A DNA stretch of 64,000 bases from Eledone cirrhosa. Its lineage: Eukaryota. The position numbers were made by a program, and so were the translations under genes. The stretch covers positions 230,702,001 through 230,766,000 of the forward strand of contig OZ024740.1 of assembly GCA_964016885.1 (NCBI GenBank), read 5' to 3'. Shown here one piece after another: positions 35,347 to 47,844 of this stretch (position 1 is the stretch's first letter; each line of letters starts with the position of its first letter). The notes beneath the pieces were generated by a model, which worked only from the letters and a program-made list of their open reading frames with translations, did no database searches and had not been told where the DNA came from.

Positions 35347-36806
35347 CCCTTTAGCGTTCAAAGCGACAAAAACCGACAAAATTATGTCCCCTTTCATTTA
35401 TTCAAACCGACAAAAACCGACATTTAATACCACACGGAGATTTCCTTCTAAAAATAAACATTGACATCATCGAAATCTCGTCAATTCGAGATTACTGCGA
35501 GATAAAGCCCTTACGCGCGAAAATTAACTTTTAGTATAGTTAAAGAACTTGCGATAACACGTGTTTTTAACGTTGAAAGTGTAACATGGCTTCCGAAAGT
35601 AGCGACAACGAATTTGAAGGTTTTACGTCCGACGACATTCGAGATCAAAAAGAAACAGAAGATAATATCAGTGATTTATCTTCAAACGAATCAGACATAT
35701 TTATTTCTGATATATCTGATAATGATGATAGTTACTTTGAAAGTGAAAGAGAAGATTTGACTGACACCATTGAAAAAATAGCAACGTGGTTGAAAGAAAC
35801 AACATCGATACATGTTTCGGATTTTACTGAAAATATTGGACCACAACACACATTACCACCCGATGCTAAAGCACTGGATTATTATTTTTTATTTTTACCA
35901 CAATCTTTCTTCGAAGTTGTGGCAAATCGCTATGCACAACAACAAATTTCTAATATCGGAAAACCCGATCTGTTATGTTGTCCGACAGATTCTGCCGAAA
36001 TGAAAGCGTTGTTTACCATAAATATTATGTTTGGTATTAAACAATTTCCACGACTGTGGAATTATTGGAGTACTGATATAAGGTTTGGTGACCCTTATAT
36101 ATCTAGTATTATGGCAAAAACGAGATTCATTAAATTAAACCAGTATTTGCATCTGGTTGATACTTCAAATGCCCCTGGTAGAAATGAATCAAATTACGAC
36201 CCACTGTACAAAGTACGACCATTAATTGAAATATTGTCAGAAAAATTTAAAAGTGTGTATAACCTTATATATTGGGAACTTTCTATTACGTAATTTTACA
36301 CCGTACATTTACAGAGTACATTGCCAATATTATTTTGACCGGTGAAAAGGTTTTATACATTTTTTTCAATGAAAATATTTGCCTGGAATGTAGAGAAAGA
36401 CTAAAACCGTGTACTGATTACACCTGCATTTTTAATTAATTCACCTGTTCAGAAAACTGCTAGAATTGATGGAAATCAGCATCTAGGTCATTATTGGATT
36501 TTTTGGCAACAAATCTAACAGATAAAGTTTAAATTTTTGTGTTTATCCATAAAGTTATTACTTTTACACCTGTTAATTAATTTCACTTGCCCATAAAAGT
36601 CAAATTTAACAAAAAAAATCAGGTAAAAATATATAATTGTAAATTATAGTTATTTAAACATCTACTGACAAAATTTCAAGTCTGCACATAGAAAATTAAA
36701 GTAATTACAAACAAATAAAATTGATAACCCTCTTGAGTATAATTAAGTGAAAATAATGCGAATAGATGAACATGACATTTGACAATTCAATGTGAATGCT
36801 AAAGGG
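35347..36806 (+). mobile_element. piggyBac DNA transposon, internally deleted
   Basis: TTAA TSDs at 35343-35346 and 36807-36810; TIR CCCTTTAGCGTTCA vs reverse complement CCCTTTAGCATTCA; subterminal CGACAAAA repeats; carries a transposase N-terminal ORF. Confidence 0.93.
35586..36293 (+). pseudogene. Truncated piggyBac (PGBD4-like) transposase ORF, 235 aa
   Basis: Acidic N-terminus, FFEVVANRYAQQ, YWSTD, MAKTRFIKLNQYLHL, YDPLYKVRPLIE; stops at ELSIT* where LSIDE (first catalytic D) is expected. Confidence 0.85.
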
Positions 36807-39019
36807 TTAAAGTAATGTAGAGATTGCCTATTAGCAGTTTATAGGGGTGTTAATTTGACATTTGTAATTTTTTTAACTTCTGAAACCAATTAATGGCATA
36901 GGGTGAAGTATACCAAGTATTGCCTTTATTCAATTGCCAAACACTAACCTATATATTTAGATTTAGTAGGAAATGCTGTTAGGAAGCTTGGTTGGTTTAA
37001 GAGTGGGAGCCCTAGTAATCAGTCTTCTATGGTAATCAGGTTTTTACACAAAGCTTGACATCAATATGGTACTGGTAAGGGAGCTCACCAGAACCAATTT
37101 GACTATGGAGGGGGTGATTTAGTCAATGGAAAAGCAACATGTAAAAGATATAGTGAGATCACACTTCAGTTAGCAGTCCTTTAGATATAATTGAACCTCA
37201 ACCTAACTTAAGTAGAAAATTAAAGTTCTTTTTATTATGGGACTGAATATAAGATGCAGACCCCCACCAGCCCGTCTGGAAGGTCGGTAGCCCTATCTTA
37301 GTACTGATTCAGTCTGTGAAGACCTGCCCAACCCTTGCAGACAGGAAAAGTGGACATTGAATAATAACTTATTTTACCATACGTCTCCATAAAATGATGT
37401 GAATGAGATGGGTAGCATGTTAGATTAAATAAAAACAATCATCATGTGTCCATTTTTCCTGGTAGTATGGATTGTTTTTATGGGATTTAACACTTCTCTG
37501 ACTAAATATTGTGAGATACATGTAAAAGATATAGTGAGATCACACTTCAGTTAGCAGCCCTTTAGATATAATTGAACCTCAATTGATGTAAAATAAGTTT
37601 ATTTTGTATGAGAATCAACTATAACAATTACCATTATTCAATGTCCACTTTTCCTGTCTGCAAGGGTTGGGCAGGTCTTCACAGACTGAATTTACTCTCA
37701 AATTTCTATAATCTGAGTTCAAATGCTGCTGGAGTTAACTTTGCTTTTCATTCTTCTGGAGTTCATGAAATAAGTTGGTACAGACATGGATATATGGTTA
37801 ATACGTTGCAGCCACAGTTCTGAGTTCAGCCTCACTCTACAACACCTTGAGAAAATGTCTTCTGTTTCCTTGGTTTGACTAAAATATTGCAAGTAGAATT
37901 TAGTAGACAGAAACTGTACAGTAGCCTGTCATGTATACCATCATCATCATCATTTTACATCCTGGCATGGGTTGGACAATTCATCAGTTTGAGACAAGAA
38001 AGATAGGATAACTTCATCTTACTTTTACATTCCTTTTTTGGCATAGTGTCTATTGATGGATGCCCTTCTTAACAGAAACCACTTTACAGTTTACTGGGTA
38101 CTTTTTATTCTGACACTAGCACTAGAGAGGTCATTGCATCTACAAAGTAACTAAAAAGTCATCTCAACCCTACATTGTTTCAGTTTAGTCACTACCACTT
38201 TACAGAGTGTACTAGGTGCACTTTATTGTGGCACCAGCATTAGTGAGTTTGCTTTAGGACATAATTGACTGCCCTAGATTGTATTTTTGTTTGTGTTCCT
38301 TTGCCCTGTAACCTGAGGAGGTACTTGCCTGGGGTGCCACACAGCGGTAGTGACCCCAAAACCACATAGTTGCTAAGCAAACTCCTTCACCGCACAGCTA
38401 CAGCCATGCCCTCACCTCTTCGTACCAAGTTTCAGTCATAAAACTATGCAAATTAATGTAAATTAATAACATAAAACAGACTTCCATTACTGAACTGAGA
38501 TTTTATTCTAATAACTAAAAAGACATCTTTTAGTTTCAGTCTTGTCTTCTCTGTCACTTCATGCCACAGAAACCAGGATAAGCACCAGCCTGATGAGCCT
38601 CTGGGCTTGAGAGAGACTTTAGACTTTTAGATATCTCTCACATAAGGTTTCTACTACAATAACATCATCATCATAAGTTTATATCCACTTTCCATACTAG
38701 AATAGGTTGGATGGGTTATCACAGTCCAAGTCTGTATTTATTTGAAGTAACCGCACTCCTAGACATCTCAGAGAACCATGTCTCATACATTTCAATGATT
38801 CATTCTTGGCATGATTTCTATGGCTGGATGCTCTTCCTATTACCAACCACTTTACAGAGTGTACTGGGTGCATTCTATCATATCACTATGGAGATTATGT
38901 CCTCGACAGGACTAAAGAGTCTTATCAGCCCAACATTGTCTCCAGCCATTCACCAACCACTTTACACATTACTAGGTGCATTTTATCGTGGCAGTAGCAC
39001 CAGTGAGTTTGTCTTCGAT

Positions 39020-39630
39020 TCAAGAATAAAGACTATTCCCTACCTAATACTGTCTCTTTTTATTCAAAACAACATGGACAAGAGGGTGAGAGAGAGAGAG
39101 CAATAACAGGGGAACACAGATTAGGTGGTGAAAGGAGCTTTCATAATACTTCCTCTGGAATGAAAATCAGTGCTGCGAAAACTGAGACACTCGTCCTCTC
39201 AAGGAAGCCTGTGCAGTGCACTCTACATGTGAATGGAGTTCCACTGAAGCAGGTAGAGAAGTTCAAGTATCTCGGGGTCGTGTTCATGACTGATAGAAAG
39301 CAGGAAGCTGAATTAAGTGCAAGAATTGCAGGAACTGGTGCAGTAATGTGCCAGCTTCAGCAGTCAGTGCTTAGAAGAAGGGAGGTAGGTATAAAAGCTA
39401 AACTCGCTATCTTCAATTCAGTATTTGTGCCAATCCTTACCTATGGTCATGAATCTTGGGTAATGACCAAAAGAATACAATTGAGAATATAAGTGGCTGA
39501 AATGGGGTTCCTCCAAAGTGTCATAGGAGTAACATTACTCGATAAAGTGCGTAACTTGGAGATCAGAGTGACTCCAGGTAGACTCTGCCCCCACAACCCT
39601 CTCAGGAATAAGTGGGTGAAGAAGAAGACC
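39020..39630 (+). mobile_element. RTE-clade LINE RT C-terminal fragment
   Basis: MKISAAKTETLVLSR...QVEKFKYLGV...FVPILTYGHESWVMT; (GAA)n end. Confidence 0.85.
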
Positions 39631-39877
39631 ATTCCATTCAATTCTAAATGTTTATGATGTTGCATTTTGGTCAGGTTTCCTTTTATCAAATATTCTTTTT
39701 CTATGCAGCTTAGTGGTTAAGGTACTGGGCTCACAATGATAAAATCATGGGTTTGATTCCCAGACTGGGTTGTGCATTGCGTCCTTGAACAAGGTACTTC
39801 ATTTTACATTGTTCTACTAGAAATTACCTCTGTGACAGATTTGTGTCCCTTTCAGAGGAAGGTCTTGTGCTCTAAAT

Positions 39878-40049
39878 CAGGCATGTCAAACATGTGGCCC
39901 TTTACAAACACAAACATTTTTACAGCACGAGGATGTTTTATCTTTGTAAAATTTGTTGTAATGTGCGCAATTAGTTATCATGTGTGACCCTCAGACAACA
40001 CATATGTGACCCATGTGGCCCTCAGGGTACCCTCACTTTGACATGCCTG
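39878..40049. mobile_element. hAT MITE inserted in a SINE
   Basis: Perfect 13-bp TIR CAGGCATGTCAAA / TTTGACATGCCTG; 8-bp TSD CTCTAAAT / CCCTAAAT. Confidence 0.9.
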
Positions 40050-41954
40050 CCCTAAATCACTTAATACAAAGAAAAAAAAACAATGAACTCTAGTCTGGTG
40101 AACTCCTGGGCTTGGGACTGATTTTTTATTTCTGTTTAGGGGCCATTTATCTCTCTCTCTCTCTCTCTCTCATTTTACGTTTCTTCATTTATGTTAAGGA
40201 CCAATCCACATTATCCACACACATAACTTTCCTAAGCATATGTGCAAAATATGTATACTTGTGTTTAAGTCACATTTTTCCACAAAAATTAACAACATAA
40301 GATCAGCATGCCACTTATCTACTGGCTCTACCAAACCTTATATGTGGATCATCTACTGAGCTAGGAATATTGTATGTAAAAGGTGGGTATTTTATATATT
40401 TTCCCATAAATACTCTTTTACTCTTCTACCTGTTCCAGCCAAACGGTTGAGGCCATGCTGGGGCACCACTAAATGTGAATGTAAATAAAATCAAAAGCCT
40501 TCATTGGCAATCGAGTGACTTGGTAGTATGTACCAAGCTTTTGCTAAAGATTCTAGATGTTCATGCAGTCACAAGCAGATACAAACACAGTTTTAACAGT
40601 GGAACATCCAGGATATGAAATCTGGAAGGAAAGAGGTCTGCACAAGCAGTAAGTTGGTACTTCCTTTATCAATACCCAAAATGGGAAAGGCAAAGTGGAA
40701 CTGAGCAGGATTTGAACTCAGAACACAAAGAGTCTGGACTATTCAACACTAATGACTCTGTCACATAGACTGCCTGTTTTACAATGCAAACAACAAAGAT
40801 CATCATTAACATCATTATTTTACATCCAATTTCCTTACTGGACTAGGTTAGAGAACCTTATTTCACTCCTATCTTCCATTTCCAGAATGGCTCAATGTTC
40901 TTTCTAATGTTCTTTCAACGACTTTACAGAGTGTACAAGGTGCTTTTTATCATGGCACCAGCATTATCATTTTACAGAATGGAGTAGGGTACTTTTTATT
41001 ATGGCACCATCATTATCCTTTTACAGTGTACTAGGTGCTTTTTATTGAAGCAACAGCATTACAGAATGAGCTAAGGTGCATTTTATCATGGCACAAGCAT
41101 CATTTAACAGAGTGTATTAGGTGCATTTTATCATGGCACCAGCATTATCTTTTTACAGAATGGACTAAGGTTCATTTTACTGTGGAACCATCACTCAAGA
41201 GGTTATGTCTTCAACATGAAGTTTCACTCAACCCCACATCATCTCACTCAGGTCACAGCCACTTTACAGAGTGCACTGGGGAGTTATCCATCAACAATTT
41301 GATTGATGAACCCTCTCTATCTTCTGAGGGAAGGGGAGGATTCTTTGTCCCAAGCCAGACATATTTTGGAGCGAGGAAGGATGACTGGTATGATGTCATA
41401 TATGGATGACAAGTGTGGTGGGATTTTCATGACTTTAAAAAATAACAAGAACAAATCATTTATTTAATATGCTCAAATTACATATGTTAACAATTGTTGG
41501 ATTTTATTCAATTTGATTTTTACATTTAAAAAATTCAAAACAACTTTAAGGAGAAAATTGTAAGTTTCTTAAAAAAAAGATTTCAGTTAATGTTTTTTTT
41601 TTCTGCAAAGAATGGTTTTCTTTGAGTTATCACAGAAGAGATAAAGTTTATATTTTTCTAGGATATTAGCTGCCTTTTAACACCTATTTCAGCACCAACA
41701 TAAAATAAGTAAACTGTGTGTGATTGTGTGTAATATATATATAATATATATAATTTCGTTTCTGAATTTGTTTAGCAAGATTCTTTATCTGAAAACGTGT
41801 TGAAACCGATATTGTTATGCTTTGGGAGGGTCATGTTGCCAATAAGAAACACACGCACCAGTTGCTTCACTCCAATTTATTATAAATTAAATTTATAAAG
41901 TTAAGAATTTATAAATTTCGGTTGGTTTCACAACCGGATGGTTGTTCATATATT

Positions 41955-41997
41955 GTCAAAGTTCTTTCGTCACACATTCTGTGACCTCTTCAGTGAC
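41955..41997 (-). ncRNA. Minimal type I hammerhead ribozyme candidate (PLE-associated)
   Basis: Minus: GUCA-CUGAAGA-G-GUCACA(GAAUG)UGUGAC-GAAA-G(AA)CU-U-UGAC. Stem I GUCA/UGAC, 6-bp stem II, tiny stem III, CUU triplet. Confidence 0.7.
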
Positions 41998-42178
41998 TGG
42001 GATTCTTTTCTTTGTTTCTCTCCTTTGTTCTGTCCCTACGCCATCTTGTTTTTGTGTGTGTTGTGTGCTTAGTTTGCGCATGTGTTACATCTGGGTGTCT
42101 GTGTGTGTTTATATTTGTTTATTTACATGTTACTGGTTGGTTGTTTGTTCTATGTGTGTGTGTGTTTTCATTTTGTCC

Positions 42179-42565
42179 TTAATTGTAAGTTGTGATGTTG
42201 CTATTCCATTCATGTTTTCTATTTAATTTTGGTTGGAGTTCATTTATGTTTATTGCCTCTGTGATTTGTCTAAACATTGCGTCTTTTCTGTATGTAGATT
42301 CTATTTTTATTTCTATGTTCTCTAATTTGCCCTTATGTTCTATTTTAGCATGTTGGTAGAGTACAGATGATTCTTTTCTGTCTTGAAGCTGTTGCCAGTG
42401 TTCATTTATCCGTTCCCCTATACTACGAGCTGTCTCACCTATGTACACTATATTCTTATCTCTACATTGTCCTTCAGTACATCTTATGCTATATACTACA
42501 TTTTTAGTTTTACAGTTAATATGGGGACTTAGTTTACAGATTATACATTTCTTATCTATACAGGG
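42179..42565 (-). pseudogene. Penelope-type GIY-YIG endonuclease domain (partial ORF)
   Basis: C..CK...C.TKNVVYSIRC...VYIGETARSIGERINEH...LYQH...RQITEAININELQPKLNRK. Confidence 0.85.
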
Positions 42566-42667
42566 AACCAACCAACCAACCGGAAATTTATAAATTTAAT
42601 TTATAATAAATTGGAGTGAAAACAACTGCTTATTGGCAACATGACCCTCCCAAAGCATAACAATAAT

Positions 42668-43376
42668 ATATATAATATATATATAATACATATATATATA
42701 TATAATATATATATAATACATATATATATAATACATATATATATATATAATACATATATATATAATATATATATAATACATATATATATATATAATATAT
42801 ATATAATACATATATATATAATACATATATATATATATAATATATATATAATACATATATATATAATATATATATAATACATATATATATAATACATATA
42901 TAATACATATATATATAATACATATATATATATATAATATATATATAATACATATATATATATATAATATATATATAATACATATATATATAATACATAT
43001 ATATATAATACATATATATATATATAATATATATATAATACATATATATATATATAATATATATATAATACATATATATATAATACATATATATATAATA
43101 TATATATAATACATATATATATATATATAATATATATATAATACATATATATATATATATAATATATATATAATACATATATATATATATATAATACATA
43201 TATAATACATATATATATATATATAATACATATATATATATATAATATATATATATATATATAATATATATATAATACATATATATATATATAATATATA
43301 TATAATACATATATATATATATAATATATATATAATACATATATATATATATAATATATATATATATATAATATAT

Positions 43377-43408
<32 letters not shown>

Positions 43409-43445
43409 ATATATATATATATATATAATATATATATATATATAT

Positions 43446-43476
<31 letters not shown>

Positions 43477-43683
43477 ATATATATATAATACATATATATA
43501 TATAATATATATATATATATAATATATATATAATACATAATATATATATAATACATATATATATATATATAATATATATATAATACATATAATATATATA
43601 TAATACATATAATATATATATAATACATATAATATATATATAATATATATAATATATATATAATATATATATATATATAATAT

Positions 43684-43730
<47 letters not shown>

Positions 43731-45660
43731 TATATATAATATATATATATAATATATATATATATATAATATATATATATATATAATATATATATATAAT
43801 ATATATAATATATATATATATATAATATATATATATAATATATATATAATATATATATATATAATATATATATAATATATATATAATACATATATATATA
43901 TATAATATATATATATATATAATATATTATATATATAATATATATATAATATATATATATATATAATACATATATATATACATATATATATATAATATAT
44001 ATATATATATAATACATATATATAATATATATATATATATAATACATATATATATATATATATAATACATATATATATAATATATATATAATACATATAT
44101 ATATAATATATATATAATACATATATATATAATATATATATAATACATATATATATAATACATATATATATAATACATATTTATATAATATATATATAAT
44201 ACATATTTATATAATATATTATAATACATATATATATAATATATTATAATACATATATATATAATATATTAGAATACATATATATATAATATATTATAAT
44301 ACATATATATATAATATATTATAATACATATATATATAATATATTATAATACATATATATATAATATATTATAATACATATATATATAATATATATATAA
44401 TACATATATATATAATATATATATAATACATATTTATATAATATATATATAATACATATATATATAATATATATATAATACATATATATATAATATATAT
44501 ATAATACATATATATATAATACATATATATATAATATATATATAATACATATATATATTATTATATATATGTATTATATATATATTATATATATAATACA
44601 TATATATATAATACATATATAATACATATATATATAATACATATATAATACATATATATATAATACATATATATATAATACATATAATACATATAATACA
44701 TATATATATAATACATATAATACATATATATATAATACATATAATACATATATATATAATACATATATATATAATATATATATAATACATATAATACATA
44801 TATATATAATACATATATATATAATATATATATAATACATATAATACATATATATAATACATATATATATAATACATATATATATAATATATATATAATA
44901 CATATATATATATAATACATATATATATATAATACATATATATATATAATACATATATATATATAATACATATATATAATACATATATAATATATATATA
45001 ATACATATATAATATATATATAATATATATATAATACATATATAATATATATATAATATATATATAATACATATATAATACATATATATAATATATATAT
45101 AATACATATATAATACATATATATAATATATATATAATACATATATATAATATATATATAATACATATATATAATATATATATAATACATATATAATACA
45201 TATATAATACATATATAGATATAATATATATATAATACATATATATATAATATATATATAATACATATATAATACATATATATATAATACATATATATAT
45301 AATAGATATATATATAATATATATATAATACATATATAATACATATACATATAATATATATATAATACATAATATATATAATATATATATAATACATATA
45401 TATATAATATATATATAATACATAATATATATAATATATATATATATATAATATATATAATATATATATAATATATATATAATATATATATATATAATAT
45501 ATAATATATATATAATATATATATATATATAATATAATATATATATAATATATATATATATATAATATAATATATAATATATATATATAATATATATATA
45601 ATATATATATATAATATATATATAATATATATATATAATATATATATAATATATATATAT
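42668..45660. repeat. ~3-kb compound (TA)n satellite interrupted by TAATAC/TAA
   Basis: Almost pure A/T; C occurs nearly only in TAATACA on +; short inverted patch near 44556-44590. Confidence 0.95.
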
Positions 45661-47085
45661 GAAATCTGTGGCTGGAGCAGACCTGTAGGCAGGAGGAGAG
45701 TAACTTGGTGGTAGAACAGTAAGGGGTGGAGGGGTCAATCAAGGCCAAAAAGCAGGCTTGGAAAGTATGACGGGATGGGGGAAATAGAGAAGACTATCAA
45801 GTGGCCAGGAGGGAAGGTAGGAGACAAGTGTACTTCGCAAGAAGGGAAGCAGAGGAAAGAAAGTTCAAGCATGTTCTACAAAACGAGGACCAAAAACGTG
45901 AGGTGTTCAGATTACTAGGCAATGTGTCACGGAAAACCGTGATATTGTCAGGGAGAAGTGTGTCCATAATGATGATGGTGTTCTTACCATCACTGACGCT
46001 GATAAGAAGGTAGCTTGGAAGTGTCACTACAAGAGGCTACTAAATGAGGAGAATAAATGGGACAAAGATATTCTGCCCCACATCGATCCAATAGAGGGAC
46101 CAGCAGTGCAAGTTGAAGGTAGTATAATAAGTAAGGCAATCAAAGATATGAAGACAGGCAAGGCAGCTGGGCCTTCGGAGAGAGTTGCTGAAATGCTGAA
46201 AGCATCTGGAACGGTGAGACACTATGGTCACACGGATAGTAAACCAAGTCATACAGAATGGTGTAGCAGCATCATCATTAACTGCTACAAGGGTAAAGGA
46301 GATGCACTAGATAGAGGAAACTATAGAGGCATTAAATTAATTGACCAGGTCATGAAGGTCACAGAAAAAGTTATAGCGCAACTAATCAGAGAGCAAATTG
46401 ATCTAGACTAAATGCAGTTTGGGTTTGTGTCAGGTAAAAGTACCACAGACGCCCTTTTCCTTATACGACAACTACCAGAAGTACCTAGCTAAATGTAAGC
46501 CCCCCTACTTAGCTTTTGTTGACTTGGAGAAAGCCTTTGACAGAGTCCCCCGCGCCAATATCTGGTGGGCCCTTAGAAAACTAGGGGTTGATGAATGCCT
46601 TGTGAGAGCTATACAAGCCATGTATAAAGAAACAGTTAGCAAAGTTAGAATTAACAACGAATATAGTGAAGAATTTAGTGTAAAAGTTGGTGTCCATCAG
46701 GGCTCTGTCCTTAGCCCCCTCCTATTTATTATTGCCCTTCAGGTCATAACAGAAGAGCTCAAGACCGGCTGCCCATGGCAACTTCTCTATGCAGACGATC
46801 CGACGCTCATAGCTGAACTAGAGAAGAAATTCCAAACATGGAAGCATGGCCTAGAATCAAAAGGCCTTAAAGTTAACTTATCTAAGACTAAAGTTCTAGT
46901 ATGTAGGAAGGAAAATAGGGTACAAGTCCCCTCTGGGAAATGGCCATGCTCGGTGTGTAGGAAAGGAGTAGGCAGAAACTCCAAATGCAAAGTATGGGTG
47001 CATAAAAGATGTAGTGGGATCACAGGTAAGCTATCTAAGAACGTAGATTTTATATGTGGCTGGTACTCAGGTGCAATAAGTAACA
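45661..47085 (+). mobile_element. RTE-clade LINE ORF remnant (RT plus PHD-like Cys/His finger), disrupted
   Basis: MKTGKAAGPS, NYRGIKL, AFVDLEKAFDRVPR, GVHQGSVLSPLLF, LLYADD, WPCSVCRKGVG...CKVWVHKRCSGI...FIC; stops and frameshifts. Confidence 0.9.
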
Positions 47086-47835
47086 AGCACGGGATAAGAT
47101 ATTTTGGAACACGGGCCGCCAACAGACCTAATAGTGGAAAAACTGCATGCCTGGACAATATGTAAAGAAAATAAACCAAATACTCTGCTGGCTGGATAAT
47201 CTTTAAGATTTTCCTCACCTAATGCGGGCCCTAGGGGATCAAGAAATTTCGGGAAAATTGGCTAGACGTAATGCCTAAAAAAAGCCCTAAAAAGCTGAAT
47301 AAATGAAGTTTTTCACCTAATGCGGGCCCTAGTTGAATTTTTTATGTTCATAACACTGCCTGAAACATAACGCGGGCCGCCAACAGACCTAATCGTGGAA
47401 AAACTGTATGCCTGGACGATATGTAAAGAAAATAGACCGAATGCTCTGATGCAATTAGTATCGGGTATGCTTCTCCTTCCATGGGGAGAAAATCGGCTTG
47501 GTGCTTTTGTACTTTAATAAAGTGGCATAAGTCAGCAGGACAGATGTCACCACTTATGTCAGAGGGAAGTCTGCAATGCTTGAGCAAGGCATGACGTACA
47601 ATCGGACAGCATGTGGAGCCTTCTCGAAGGAGTCCACCACACCTTAGTAAGTAAACGCAACTGGACAAACATTTACCAAACTGTGGGTATAATTTAACAA
47701 ATTTAAAGAGGAATGGAGCAATAAAATGGGCCCCGAGGCATGTGCGTGTTCACTGGCAGCCCTAAACGAAAGGGTCACGATCAGTTATTTCAAGGGCCCT
47801 TAAAGGGGCCTTGTAAGCCGTTCATTGATACCCTA
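47086..47835. mobile_element. Unclassified insert with internal direct repeats
   Basis: ~80-bp direct repeat 47109-47188 / 47369-47448; CACCTAATGCGGGCCCTAG twice; replaces the rest of the RTE. Confidence 0.4.
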
Positions 47836-47844
47836 ATAAATTAA

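Larger units (their letters stand above)
41750..42667 (-). mobile_element. 5'-truncated Penelope-like retroelement with inverted terminal repeat
   Basis: GIY-YIG ORF on minus; hammerhead motif in the 3' repeat; 42567-42665 is the reverse complement of 41811-41927; both ends abut (TA)n. Confidence 0.85.

Noticed and set aside
35586-36293. Domesticated PGBD host gene
   Set aside because: It lies inside intact TIRs/TTAA TSDs and lacks the catalytic domain, so it is a transposon derivative.
42596-45748. Long I/Y-rich ORFs (up to 508 aa) on the minus strand
   Set aside because: They are translations of the TA satellite, which lacks stops on that strand; no coding signal.
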